From assembly GCF_003367075.2 (NCBI RefSeq), contig NZ_CP065936.1:870001-902000 (forward strand): a stretch of 32,000 nt of DNA. The letters run 5' to 3'. Every line of letters begins with the position of its first letter. The stretch's first letter is position 1. The stretch is from Cylindrospermopsis raciborskii Cr2010 (GTDB lineage: Bacteria > Cyanobacteriota > Cyanobacteriia > Cyanobacteriales > Nostocaceae). The translations under genes and the position numbers were made by a program. The notes under the pieces are model-generated. The model did not search any database. It had not been told where the DNA came from and saw only the letters and a program-made list of their open reading frames with translations. Of this stretch, positions 19,270 through 29,807 are shown piece by piece.

Positions 19270-19555
19270 TTTCATGGAAAATTTCTAATATTCCCTGATC
19301 TGCATCTAATGTTGCTTGTACCCCCACAGGTAAAGCTGCATTAGGGCTATCATGACCAAAGGGTAAATCGGAAACAATGGGAATATTGAGATCAGATAAG
19401 CGATCGCCCAAAACCTCCTCTATACTCAAACTGGGTATATTCGGAGGTGCATCACTGTACCACCACCCCAACCATTACCCTTTAAAGGTGCGATCGCTCG
19501 ACCTGCTAAAATATCAAGTAACCGTTTCATTGACCATTCTGGCTCATCTTTGAGG
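19238..19555 (-). pseudogene. LD-carboxypeptidase (peptidase S66) C-terminal relic with internal deletion
   Basis: One frame reads EPEWSMKRLLDILAGRAIAPLKGNGWGGGT. A second frame reads SDAPPNIPSLSIEEVLGDRLSDLNIPIVSDLPFGHDSPNAALPVGVQATLDADQG. Both are S66-like with the normal intervening section missing. Overlaps the methyltransferase 3' end. Confidence 0.78.
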
Positions 19556-19561
19556 GGGAGC

Positions 19562-20457
19562 ATCAGCATTTTCTGGTAATTTGCCATGTAGGTTCTGGCG
19601 AGGGTCTGTTACAAAGTCCGGTTTGCTGACCATATTTTCGGGAGTTTTCCAAGTGGGTTGTAGCCCATTCTAACTTTCTTTTTCTCTTGGAGTTAGAATG
19701 GGTTGTTGAATAACTATGGAAGCATTTTCTACTATTGCTATGCTACCACCAGGAAAAGGATCACTTTGAGAACGATTGGGGGCGTTAATTAAATCTGTGA
19801 TTTTTTCAATATGATCAAAATTGGGGGTTTGTGGTAACGCTTCATGCAATATTTGACGGATCACCCGGCGTTGGAGAGCTAAGGGCTGTTGTTTCAATAA
19901 ATGACGATTCAGATGTAAATCACCATTTTCACACTTTGTTAAGGCTTGTAACCTCAACTGGTGAGCTATTTGTTCTAGATACTCTACTTCTGCTCGCAAC
20001 AACTCTGCTGTATGAGATAAATGGGATTCCACCTGGGGGTTGAAGTTTGCTGCAAGATAGGGGAGTAACTGCTGACGAATACGATTTCGGGGGTACTGTA
20101 AATTTTGATTTGTGCTATCCACCCAAACTGGTAGGTCAAAGTCTTGGCAAAATTTTCCAGTTTGTTCCCGGGTAATCTCTAACAGGGGACGAACTAACAT
20201 CGTCTTCTTCCCTAAAGATCTTTGCCAATTTAAGGACTGTAAACCATCAGCACCACTCCCCCGAATCAGATTATATATTAAGGTCTCCGCTCGATCACTA
20301 CTGGTGTGTCCCGTAACGATGTATTTATAACCATAATCTTCAGCAATTTCCCTAAATACTCCATATCGCCAATTCCTAGCATCAGCTTCGCTATTTACCG
20401 GATCAGTGGCAATTTGTAAGTGGAATGGTAAATCCCAACTAGTTGCTAGATTTTTTA
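19562..20457. repeat. Direct repeat copy B: cheW-like 5' relic plus the 3' part of intact tilS
   Basis: Matches 15632-16190. Bases 20108-20420 (or equivalently 20107-20419) are absent from copy A. Confidence 0.93.
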
Positions 20458-20677
20458 CATGATCCGCGTTCGCTTGGGAATCTTCTCGCCAACGATGATC
20501 ACAATGGGCGATCGCCAGTTTCCACTTCCATTTAACTTGTAAGTCCACCAACAACTTAATTAAACACAGTGAGTCCTGTCCACCGGATAGGGCAACCAAT
20601 AAATGTTCATGGGGTGCAAATAAATGACGATTCCGGATTGTGCGATGTATTTTAGCGTGTAAAGAAGTCCATGCCAT
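19670..20677 (-). CDS. tilS: tRNA(Ile)-lysidine synthase
   Basis: 335 aa ORF with PP-loop LLVALSGGQDSLCLIKLL, IAHCDHRWREDS, TGHTSSDRAETLIYNLIRGSG. Confidence 0.95.
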   Translation of the reverse strand: MAWTSLHAKIHRTIRNRHLFAPHEHLLVALSGGQDSLCLIKLLVDLQVKWKWKLAIAHCDHRWREDSQANADHVKNLATSWDLPFHLQIATDPVNSEADARNWRYGVFREIAEDYGYKYIVTGHTSSDRAETLIYNLIRGSGADGLQSLNWQRSLGKKTMLVRPLLEITREQTGKFCQDFDLPVWVDSTNQNLQYPRNRIRQQLLPYLAANFNPQVESHLSHTAELLRAEVEYLEQIAHQLRLQALTKCENGDLHLNRHLLKQQPLALQRRVIRQILHEALPQTPNFDHIEKITDLINAPNRSQSDPFPGGSIAIVENASIVIQQPILTPREKES

Positions 20678-20684
20678 GTATTAA

Positions 20685-21950
20685 CTAGATTGGGTTATCC
20701 TTGGGATTGACTAGTTTTAATAGTTTCTGTTTAATTTGGGCATCGAAAACTTCCCACTTAATCTTAGCGTATGCGGAATTCTCATTACCACCAGACAGGA
20801 ATCCCATGGGAATCTCAAACCCACCAGCGCCAGTGCGTCCACCGCCAAAAAATCTTCCCGTACTATCTTGTCCAAAAGCTTCTTTAATAAACTCATCCGG
20901 ATCTAAGGTCAACTTTGTAGTTCTCAAGGATCCAATCACCACTTCCAACTCATCGTCCTCATCATGTACTATTCCATATACCATGGCAGTATGCACATTT
21001 TCTTCTGTCACCAAAAAATCCGCCGCTTGAGGTATGGCATCCCGGTCATCATACCGCAAATAACCAACACCAGCTATAGAAAAGTTATTCTGGACAATGC
21101 GATTTTTCAGAGAACGCTCAATAACATCCATTACACGCTTAGAGCGATTAGCTTGTAGAATGGCATTAAGTAGTTGAGCATCATAGAACTTGCTCAGGTA
21201 TGCAGCAGCCATAAAATCTTCTTCCTGGGCTTGCATTAACCGGTTAGTATCAGATCTTAACCCATGCATCAATGCTGTAGCACATTTCACATGCTGTCCC
21301 ATACTGCTATCCAGGGTGAGTAGACCTGACTGTAAATACTGGGTAAAAATAGTTGCTGTTGCTCGCACGTATGGACGAACATCAGTAAACTCGGCCTTGA
21401 GTTCCCCCTGTAAACTATGATGATCTACCAGGGTAATCAAAGGGATTCCAGCTTGCTGAAGGGCAGACGTTAAAGCAGAAGTAGTTCCTTGATTATCAAT
21501 CAAGACAAAACCCTGATAAGAAACCAAATCTTTGGTTTTAATGCTTTGTGCTGTACAGCGTTGAGCAGGTAAGGCAGTGAGTTTAACTAAAGCGATATTT
21601 TCCTGATGGCTGAGAGTGCCCGCATAAATAATTTCACACTTGATGTCATACTGTTGAGCAATCAGTTGATATGCCCAAGCACTAGAGAGAGCATCCGGGT
21701 CAGGAAAGTCTTGGAGGATGACCAAATGGCGCTCGTGTCGGTGGGCGAGAAGAGTTTTTTGTAATTCTTCTGACTTTTGAGCGCCCAGGGAACGGGAAGC
21801 ATTAGCAATGTTCCCATCACCATTAGATGGTAGCGCCTGAGTTCGATGCAATGGAGGAATGTCAACCGTAGTCTCTATTTCTATATCCTCCCCCTTTGGC
21901 TCTGTGGTCAGCGTGAAAGTCTCAATTTGAGAAACACTAGAATTCAACAT
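20685..21950 (-). CDS. DHH/DHHA1-family phosphoesterase
   Basis: HLVILQDFPDPDALSSAWAYQLIA, DNQG, LVDHHSLQG, and C-terminal GRFFGGGRTGAGGFEIPMGF. Confidence 0.88.
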   Translation of the reverse strand: MLNSSVSQIETFTLTTEPKGEDIEIETTVDIPPLHRTQALPSNGDGNIANASRSLGAQKSEELQKTLLAHRHERHLVILQDFPDPDALSSAWAYQLIAQQYDIKCEIIYAGTLSHQENIALVKLTALPAQRCTAQSIKTKDLVSYQGFVLIDNQGTTSALTSALQQAGIPLITLVDHHSLQGELKAEFTDVRPYVRATATIFTQYLQSGLLTLDSSMGQHVKCATALMHGLRSDTNRLMQAQEEDFMAAAYLSKFYDAQLLNAILQANRSKRVMDVIERSLKNRIVQNNFSIAGVGYLRYDDRDAIPQAADFLVTEENVHTAMVYGIVHDEDDELEVVIGSLRTTKLTLDPDEFIKEAFGQDSTGRFFGGGRTGAGGFEIPMGFLSGGNENSAYAKIKWEVFDAQIKQKLLKLVNPKDNPI

Positions 21951-22041
21951 GGTGCGGACAGTTCTAATTGTTATGGAATTATATATCTATATGATCTGTT
22001 TAATCCTTTTCACCCAAACATCCCCATTCCCAGTTAATTGG

Positions 22042-22539
22042 TTAAAGTCCTATAACATATTTTTGCCACTCCTGATGAAGTCCACTTTTCAGATGTTTCG
22101 TTACCTCAAAGTAGAGACTACTATGAGGTTGGCGCGGCGGATACCGTAATGGCATCCGGGCTTCTTGGGGGGTGCGACAGCCTTTTTTGACGTTGCAACG
22201 TACACAAGCAGTAACAATATTCTCCCAAGTGTCACCTCCACCACGAGATCGGGGTATTACATGGTCCAATGTCAGATCATCACCGGTACAGCCACAGTAT
22301 TGACAAGTGTGACTATCACGGTGAAAAATGTTTCGACGTGTAAGTGGGATTTCTTTGTATGGAACGCGGACATAATGACGCAACCGAATTACGGTTGGCA
22401 GTGGAAAATCGGAACAGAGGAATTTGCCATTGTGTTCCACATGTTCTGCTTTGCCTTTAATCAACAAAACGATGGCACGTCGCCAAGTGGTAATGTTGAG
22501 CGGTTCGTAGGAGGCGTTTAGGACTAAAACCTTCCCCAT
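22042..22539 (-). CDS. HNH endonuclease family protein
   Basis: CQYCGCTGDDLTLDHVIPRSRGGGDTWENIVTACVRCNVKKG is the HNH core with zinc-binding CxxC pairs. Confidence 0.93.
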   Translation of the reverse strand: MGKVLVLNASYEPLNITTWRRAIVLLIKGKAEHVEHNGKFLCSDFPLPTVIRLRHYVRVPYKEIPLTRRNIFHRDSHTCQYCGCTGDDLTLDHVIPRSRGGGDTWENIVTACVRCNVKKGCRTPQEARMPLRYPPRQPHSSLYFEVTKHLKSGLHQEWQKYVIGL

Positions 22540-22682
22540 TGATTTTAGCTCAAGGTATTAGTTTTGAACATTCTAACACAAATATACCTTTTTAGACAGA
22601 TGAGACAGCCCAAAGGTTAAAAATGGTAGTTAAATAGGGGTGAGAATTTTACATCTCCCCACTTTCAAAACAGGGAGATTAC

Positions 22683-23858
22683 ATGAAAATGCTTATTGTG
22701 CAAGATACTTACGCTTGGTTTTCACAACGTGCCTGGGTAGAAATTGATTTAGGAGCCTTGTCTAATAATGTGAAGCAGTTAGTAGGGTTTTTATCCCCAG
22801 GAAGCCAATTGATGGCTGTAGTCAAGGCGGATGCCTACGGACACGGTGCTGTTACTGTAGCTACAACTGTTTTAGCTGCGGGGGCCACCTGGCTAGGAGT
22901 AGCTACAGTTACCGAGGGTATTCAATTGCGGGAGGCTGGAATTAGGGCCCCAATCCTGATTTTGGGTGCTACCCATACACCAGAACAAATTCATGCTATC
23001 ACCTCTTGGCAACTGGAACCTACTTTATGTAGTCCAGGACAAGCTTTAATATTTTCTGATTTATTAAATTCTATTGACTATAATTATGAATTGCCAGTTC
23101 ATATTAAGTTAGATACAGGAATGTCAAGACTAGGTGCTGACTGGCAACAAGCGGGTCAATTTGCTCAGTTGGTGCAAGGACTGCCTCGGTTACATATTGC
23201 TAGTGTTTATTCTCACTTTGCTACAGCGGATAGTCCTGATACCACAATTATGGAACAACAGCATGCAAGATTCCAACAGGCGATCGCTCAAATTAGGGCA
23301 ATGGGCATAAAAATACCAAGTTTACACCTAGCCAATTCTGCTGCTACCCTAGGGAACAAAGAATTACACTATGACATGGTGCGTGCGGGACTAGCCATTT
23401 ATGGACTTTATCCAGCTGCTCACCAGAGAAATCATTTGCAACTGCGTCCCGCACTACAGGTAAAAGCGAGAATCACACATATAAAAACAATTAGTGAAGG
23501 AACAGGGGTAAGTTATGGGCATAAATTTATTGCTCCTAGAGAAATGCGAATTGGAGTAGTTGGTATTGGTTATGCTGATGGAGTGCCCAGAAGTCTTTCT
23601 AACCAAATGGATGTATTGGTGCAGGGTCAAAGAGTTAAGCAGATTGGTATGATTACTATGGATCAACTGATGATAGATATTAGTTCCCTGGTGGAAGTAG
23701 AGGAAGGGGAAATAGTCACCCTATTAGGGGAACAGGGAGAAGAGAACATCACAGCGGATGATTGGGCAAATCAATTGAACACTATTTCCTGGGAAATCAT
23801 TTGTGGGTTCAAACATCGTCTACCCCGTGTGGCTATAGGGATTGATGGAGAAATTTGA
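22683..23858 (+). CDS. alr: Alanine racemase
   Basis: RAWVEIDLGALSNNVKQL, AVVKADAYGHGAVTVATT (PLP lysine), KLDTGMSRLG, ISYGHKFIA-like and GYADGVPRSLSNQMDVLVQG. Confidence 0.95.
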   Translation: MKMLIVQDTYAWFSQRAWVEIDLGALSNNVKQLVGFLSPGSQLMAVVKADAYGHGAVTVATTVLAAGATWLGVATVTEGIQLREAGIRAPILILGATHTPEQIHAITSWQLEPTLCSPGQALIFSDLLNSIDYNYELPVHIKLDTGMSRLGADWQQAGQFAQLVQGLPRLHIASVYSHFATADSPDTTIMEQQHARFQQAIAQIRAMGIKIPSLHLANSAATLGNKELHYDMVRAGLAIYGLYPAAHQRNHLQLRPALQVKARITHIKTISEGTGVSYGHKFIAPREMRIGVVGIGYADGVPRSLSNQMDVLVQGQRVKQIGMITMDQLMIDISSLVEVEEGEIVTLLGEQGEENITADDWANQLNTISWEIICGFKHRLPRVAIGIDGEI

Positions 23859-23927
23859 TCAAAAAGAAAAAAAATAGCAGATCCCTCTTGCCAAGGAAAA
23901 GTTGCTATGATAGTATTAGATACTAAT

Positions 23928-24009
23928 GCGGATGTGGCGGAATTGGCAGACGCGCTAGATTTAGGTTCTAGTTCCGACAGGAGTGAAGGTTCAAGTCCTT
24001 TCATCCGCA
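23928..24009 (+). tRNA. tRNA-Leu, anticodon TAG
   Basis: Acceptor arms GCGGATG/CATCCGC with discriminator A at 24009. Anticodon stem CTAGA/TCTAG with loop TTTAGGT gives anticodon TAG. T-arm GTTCAAGTC and a long variable arm fit tRNA-Leu. CCA is not encoded. Confidence 0.94.
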
Positions 24010-24078
24010 TTATATAAACCCGTTTACAAGCTACTGAGTGCTTATGAGGTAATAGAAACATAACGGTTTAGTAGTTTT

Positions 24079-24699
24079 ATGGATAATATACAACGTCCAT
24101 CAATTCTCAAAGTCGGTGAAACCTATACCTTTCGGAAATACTTTGATTTAAAATTTGCCCCTGGTGACATTTTAAGAGAATTAGGTGCAAATTTAATTAA
24201 GAGTAGGATTGACCTACCAACGAGTAAGAATGAGATTACTAGATTGGAGGATTTAAAACAGAGATTAGAAGAAGCAATTCAAATAGTCAATCTCACTAGC
24301 GAAGCAGCTAGAAGAGAGGTTTTAATAGCCCCGATTTTATTAGAAATTGCCCACATTACCCGATCCAGCATTAATATAGAATACCCTATAGAAATCAACC
24401 AATTTTTGCGGGGAGATTTAGATTACTACCTAAAATCTGAACACCAAATATTGGTTGTGGAAGCCAAACAAGCGGATTTAACTAGAGGTTTTACCCAACT
24501 TGCTGTGGAGCTAATTGCTCTAAATGAATGGATATGGAGGACTGAACCTATATTGTACGGAGCAGTAACCACAGGAGAAATTTGGCAATTTGGCAGTTTT
24601 CAACCTGAGAGCAAACTGGTTACCCAAGATCTAATGCTATATCGCGTCCCTATGGATTTGGAAATACTCATGAAAGTATTAGTGGGCATCTTAACATAG
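24079..24699 (+). CDS. Hypothetical protein, possible PD-(D/E)XK nuclease-like fold
   Basis: 206 aa ORF with R-G-D-LDYYLKSEHQILVVEAKQADLTRGFTQLAVELIAL, resembling the D...ExK core of restriction-endonuclease-like folds. Confidence 0.6.
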   Translation: MDNIQRPSILKVGETYTFRKYFDLKFAPGDILRELGANLIKSRIDLPTSKNEITRLEDLKQRLEEAIQIVNLTSEAARREVLIAPILLEIAHITRSSINIEYPIEINQFLRGDLDYYLKSEHQILVVEAKQADLTRGFTQLAVELIALNEWIWRTEPILYGAVTTGEIWQFGSFQPESKLVTQDLMLYRVPMDLEILMKVLVGILT

Positions 24700-24749
24700 C
24701 CAAAGGCTGTGGGTTTACAGCCTTTTTCTACCCATGTTTAAATAATAGG

Positions 24750-26546
24750 TCAAAGGCTACTTTCTTTAGGTTTTACAGTGGAATTCACATGAAGTTCTTT
24801 TAACTGCTTAATCTCTACCGTTGCAGGTGCATCAGTCAATAAACAGCGAGCTTGTTGGGTTTTAGGAAAAGCGATCACATCACGAATGGACTCTTCCTGA
24901 GCTAGTAACATAACTAGTCTATCCACCCCATAAGCGATTCCACCATGGGGAGGTGTGCCATACTCAAAAGCTTCTAAAAGAAAACCAAATTTGTTTCGTG
25001 CTTCCTCTGAACTAAGCCCAATAGTCTCAAATACTCGCGCTTGTACTTCTCGTTGATAAATCCTTAAACTTCCTCCACCTACTTCAAATCCATTCAACAC
25101 TAAATCATAGGCTTGAGCGCGAGCAGTCTTCAAATCATGTAAATCATCCGGGTGAGGAGCGGTAAATGGATGATGTAAAGCTTCTAATCTTTTTTCGTTA
25201 GCATTCCATTCAAACATAGGAAATTCCGTAATCCAGAGGAAGTTGATCTTCCCAGGGGGAATTAAGTTAAACTCCCTAGCAATAAACTGACGCAATCTAT
25301 CTAAAGTCTTATTAACAACAGAAGCATCAGCAGCAGCAAAAAGTAACAAGTGTCCCTCTTTTGCAGCAGTTCTAGTTAAAATTTCTTGTTTTTGTGCTGC
25401 CGTTAAATTGTCCTTAATTGCACCAATAGTGTCAATTTCCCCATTGTCCCTAACCCGAATATATGCTAAACCTTTTGCACCAGCTTCTGCTGCTTCCCGA
25501 AAAATGTCTCCACCGGGTTTAATCCGTACGTTGGAGATGGCATCATTCCCATGGGGAATAGGTAAGATTTTCACCATACCCCCCCCAGCAACCACATCCC
25601 TGAACACCTTGAAACCACAATCTTGGACTACGTCAGAAACATCTACTAGTTCCAAACCATAGCGGGTATCTGGTTTGTCCGTACCATACTTATTCATGGC
25701 ATCCTGATATCTTAACCGGGGGAAGGGATGGGGTAAGTCAATATCTTGAACGGTTTTGAAAATGTGACAAACTAATTTTTCGTTCAGCTGGATAATTTCC
25801 TCTTCTGACATGAAACTCATTTCCATATCCAGTTGGGTAAACTCCGGTTGTCGATCTGCACGCAAATCCTCATCCCGAAAACAGCGAGCAATTTGATAGT
25901 ACCTATCCATCCCCGACACCATTAATATTTGTTTGAACAACTGCGGGGATTGGGGTAGGGCAAACCATTGACCTTCATTAACCCGACTAGGAAGGATATA
26001 GTCCCGAGCACCTTCAGGAGTAGAACGGGTCAAAACAGGAGTTTCTATTTCTATAAAACCCTCCTGGTCTTCTAAATAACGACGCATGGCTTTGACCACT
26101 TGATGGCGCAGTTGTATGTTCTTAGCCATCCTTTCCCGTCGTAAGTCCAAATAACGATATTTTAACCGCACGTCCTCCCTCACATTCTCCGTCTCCCCAC
26201 TGGAAACCTGAAAAGGTAAATTCTTACTAACGGAATTGAGTAGTTCTATATGATCTGCGTATACTTCTACTTCACCCGTGAGCAAACGGGGATTCAGGGA
26301 TTCAGCTGGACGCTCCGTCACTCTACCAGTGATTTTGAGGACGTATTCGTTGCGTATGCTATTGGCTATTTGATAAGATTCTGGAGTGCGCTGTGGATCG
26401 CTTACAACTTGCACAATACCAGAGCGATCGCGCAGGTCTAGGAAAATTACACCTCCATGATCGCGGTGACGGTCTACCCAACCATATAATATTACATTTT
26501 CTCCAATATGATGTTTTCGAGGTTCTCCGCAATAGTGAGTTCGCAT
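24750..26546 (-). CDS. aspS: Aspartyl-tRNA synthetase
   Basis: N-terminal [71 protein letters not shown], and [15 protein letters not shown]. Confidence 0.98.
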   Translation of the reverse strand: MRTHYCGEPRKHHIGENVILYGWVDRHRDHGGVIFLDLRDRSGIVQVVSDPQRTPESYQIANSIRNEYVLKITGRVTERPAESLNPRLLTGEVEVYADHIELLNSVSKNLPFQVSSGETENVREDVRLKYRYLDLRRERMAKNIQLRHQVVKAMRRYLEDQEGFIEIETPVLTRSTPEGARDYILPSRVNEGQWFALPQSPQLFKQILMVSGMDRYYQIARCFRDEDLRADRQPEFTQLDMEMSFMSEEEIIQLNEKLVCHIFKTVQDIDLPHPFPRLRYQDAMNKYGTDKPDTRYGLELVDVSDVVQDCGFKVFRDVVAGGGMVKILPIPHGNDAISNVRIKPGGDIFREAAEAGAKGLAYIRVRDNGEIDTIGAIKDNLTAAQKQEILTRTAAKEGHLLLFAAADASVVNKTLDRLRQFIAREFNLIPPGKINFLWITEFPMFEWNANEKRLEALHHPFTAPHPDDLHDLKTARAQAYDLVLNGFEVGGGSLRIYQREVQARVFETIGLSSEEARNKFGFLLEAFEYGTPPHGGIAYGVDRLVMLLAQEESIRDVIAFPKTQQARCLLTDAPATVEIKQLKELHVNSTVKPKESSL

Positions 26547-26659
26547 AGTAAGTTCTTTTTTCGGTCTGAATAAATAAATGTCAAGATTTGCCCATTGTAG
26601 ATTATAGGCAAAAAGCAGGCAAAGATTTGAGAATATAGATAGTTTGACCTATGAAGATC

Positions 26660-28003
26660 TTACTCCACCAGTTCACCACTTAAACTAAAAGCGCGAACCT
26701 CCTGAATTTGTACCCTGACCATTTTTCCTCTCAGTTGATTGATATCCCCCTGAAAGAAGGCCAGACGGTTTCCCCTGGTTCTACCCATGACCTGGGATTG
26801 ATCCTTGGGATTTTGATCTTCTACCAATACTTCCTCCATTCTCCCTAGGTAACGCTGCGATCGCTGTGCTGCTTTCACATTAACTAAGTGATTCAATCTT
26901 TGCAGGCGATCGCTCTTGATTTCTTCACTCAACTGATTATCCCACAGTGCTGCTGGAGTACCGGGACGGGGTGAGTAAGCAGCAGTATTTAAATGGTCAA
27001 ATCCAATGTCATCAACCAATTGTAGAGTATTTTCAAACTGTATTTCTGTTTCTCCGGGAAATCCCACAATAGCATCTGCGCTGATAGAAGCATCTGGCAT
27101 ATAGCTACGAATTGTGTTAATGATCCGCCGATATTTCTCTTGAGTATAACCTCGGGACATGGCCTTCAATATTTCATTATCCCCGGACTGGAAGGGAATA
27201 TGAAAGTGTTCACAAATTTTGGGTAGCTCTGCACATGCTTTGATCAGCCTTTCTGTAAAGTAGCGAGGATGACTAGTAGCGAATCTAATTCTTTCAATAC
27301 CCGGCACATCGTGGACATAATAGAGTAAATCGGTAAAGGTGTGCAGATGGCGACCTTCAGCGGTTGAACCGGGTAAATCTCTGCCATAAGCATCAATATT
27401 TTGACCCAAAAGAGTGATTTCCCGATAACCCTGTTGACCCAGAATTTCCATTTCTCCACGAATAGCTTCAGGGGTACGAGACTGTTCCACACCCCGGACA
27501 TTAGGGACTACACAATAGGTACAACGTTCATTACAACCGTAAATTACGTTCACCCAAGCAGTTACCCGACTATCACGACGGGGCTGGGTAATATCCTCTA
27601 ATATGTGTACCTCTTCTGTAGCTACTACTTGATTACCCGCAAAAACCGAATCCAATAAATCCTTCAAGCGGTTAGCATATTGGGGACCCATAACCAAATC
27701 TAATTCTGGCACTCGTCGCAACAAAGCCTGGCCTTCTTGTTGTGCCACACAGCCAGCAACAACCAGAGTCAAATCCGGTTCTTGGTGTTTACGTTTAGCC
27801 TGTCTACCCAAATAAGAGTAAACCTTTTGTTCTGCATTGTCCCGAATAGTGCAAGTATTGTAGACAATCAGATTAGCATTCTGAGGATTTTCTGACCATT
27901 CAAAGCCCATATCTTCCAGTATACCAGCCATGCGCTCTGAGTCAGCTTTATTCATTTGGCAACCGAATGTGGTAATGTGATAACGACGAGGTAAACCATT
28001 CAT
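26660..28003 (-). CDS. miaB: tRNA-2-methylthio-N6-dimethylallyladenosine synthase
   Basis: [16 protein letters not shown], radical-SAM CxxxCxxC motif [18 protein letters not shown], and [25 protein letters not shown]-like text. Confidence 0.96.
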   Translation of the reverse strand: MNGLPRRYHITTFGCQMNKADSERMAGILEDMGFEWSENPQNANLIVYNTCTIRDNAEQKVYSYLGRQAKRKHQEPDLTLVVAGCVAQQEGQALLRRVPELDLVMGPQYANRLKDLLDSVFAGNQVVATEEVHILEDITQPRRDSRVTAWVNVIYGCNERCTYCVVPNVRGVEQSRTPEAIRGEMEILGQQGYREITLLGQNIDAYGRDLPGSTAEGRHLHTFTDLLYYVHDVPGIERIRFATSHPRYFTERLIKACAELPKICEHFHIPFQSGDNEILKAMSRGYTQEKYRRIINTIRSYMPDASISADAIVGFPGETEIQFENTLQLVDDIGFDHLNTAAYSPRPGTPAALWDNQLSEEIKSDRLQRLNHLVNVKAAQRSQRYLGRMEEVLVEDQNPKDQSQVMGRTRGNRLAFFQGDINQLRGKMVRVQIQEVRAFSLSGELVE

Positions 28004-28546
28004 AGTAAATTACGCTTAATCAATATTACTTACTTTGCTTACTTTATAGTAGCGAGGAATTAGCAATTAACCTAATATAACCTTTTCCTAATTATTTAGA
28101 ATGAGCTATTAGTCTGTAAATCAATCTTCCTCTATCATATATATGATAAATTAGTCAATATATCCTAGGGTAGATATTAACTATATCTTAGGATAGATGA
28201 GACAGGGGGGAAAACGTTATATCTTCTACATGAGATATAACTAAGGTCTATTCGTAGGGAATACTCTAGTCAGAGCTGGGTTGTTTTAACAATTGCAGTT
28301 AATCAATTATCAAATTTCTCAGTTGCATTCCCCCTTGCTTGCAAAAAACATTAATGACTTCAAAATACCTCTAAAAGGTCTCTACCTACATAGAAACTAA
28401 TTAGGGGTATTTTTATCGATTCTGAATCAGGATTGGTTAATACAAAAATCATCACTTATCATCACTCAATCATATATAGCTGTAGCCATCAAGATTAGGA
28501 CATAAACTAGTCAACTATAAGAGTTCCCATAATTAAACTGTACTAC

Positions 28547-29301
28547 TAATATTTGATATTCCCCTATTTGCTAAAGAGCGATCGCTTGTAGGTAGGTACA
28601 ATTATTTATAGGATAGGTTGGGGGTGTTGGGTTTCATACTTCAACCCAACCTACATTTTCTTATATTTAATTCCACTCACTAGTATTTGATATTCGCGAT
28701 CGCTTGTAGGTAGGTACAATTATTTATAGGATAGGTTGGGGGTGTTGGGTTTCATACTTCAACCCAACCTACATTTTCTTATATTTAATTCCACTCACTA
28801 GTATTTGATATTCGCGATCGCTTGTAGGGAGGCACAATTATTTGTAGGATGGGTTGGGGATGTTGGGTTTCATACTTCAACCCAACCTACATTTTCTTAT
28901 ATTTAATTCCACTCACTAGTATTTGATATTCGCGATCGCTTGTAGGGAGGCACAATTATTTGTAGGATGGGTTGGGGATGTTGGGTTTCATACTTCAACC
29001 CAACCTACATTGTCTTATATTTAATTCCACTCACTAGTATTTGATATTCGCGATCGCTTGTAGGGAGGTACAATTATTTGTAGTATGGGTTATCCATGCG
29101 GGTGTTGGGTTTCATACTTCAACCCAACCTACATTGTCTTATATTTAATTCCACTCACTAGTATTTGATATTCGCGATCGCTTGTAGGGAGGTACAATTA
29201 TTTGTAGTATGGGTTATCCATGCGGGTGTTGGGTTTCATACTTCAACCCAACCTACATTGTATTATATTTAATTCCACTCACTAGTATTTGATATTCGCG
29301 A
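28547..29301. repeat. Tandem repeat array: six units (134, 118, 118, 118, 124, 124 bp) plus a partial seventh
   Basis: Recurring TAGTATTTGATATTCGCGATCGCTTGTAGG...GTTGGGTTTCATACTTCAACCCAACCTACATT...TTAATTCCACTCAC. Units start near 28547, 28681, 28799, 28917, 29035 and 29159, with a partial unit at 29283. Confidence 0.95.
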
Positions 29302-29807
29302 TTGATATTCTATCACAGCAGAATTTTTCCCATCTTTGGTAATTACACCGGAAGTCCATAAAATAGCGATCGCAATTAATTTCAAGCGAGGAATCTAGGC
29401 GCCCATTTTTTTCCCATGGTGGGGGTTGACTATTGACCTTTGGACGTGATACCCTGATAATGAAAATCTGTCCACTTTTTTTGCAAATGCTCACACTCCA
29501 TTATACTCAACTTTCATAGTACCACATTTTTACCCCTTCGACCACAGAAAAACTTATCTCAACCCCCTATAAACATAATTTTTTCTTATTATTTACCCCT
29601 ATATATACATATATAAATAATTTGACCAGGCAATCCCGTGGGTTTTTTGGGTTTTCTCAACCCCAACCGAGGAAAATCTATATAGAAGATAAATCCTTTT
29701 GCTATTATAGCTTTAGTCAGAACGGTGGGTAAAAGTGAGAGTAGGCGTTTTGACTCATTTTCGGGCTATAAAGCCAAAACAGTTAAGTAGGTTATAAAGC
29801 GAATTGC

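Noticed and set aside
16191-19561. Composite transposon or integrative element flanked by direct repeats
   Set aside because: The flanking repeats are partial host gene copies rather than insertion-sequence ends. No transposase, integrase or terminal inverted repeats were seen.
22165-22521. Plus-strand 118 aa ORF
   Set aside because: It is fully antisense to a well-supported HNH endonuclease gene. Low complexity and no recognisable motifs suggest a shadow ORF.
23771-24061. Minus-strand 96 aa ORF spanning the tRNA
   Set aside because: It lies antisense to the alr 3' end and tRNA-Leu(UAG) and resembles no known protein, so it is treated as chance.
28547-29301. Possible CRISPR array
   Set aside because: Units are 118-134 bp and repeat along their full length with no unique spacers. 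Repeat length and structure do not fit CRISPR, and no cas genes are present.
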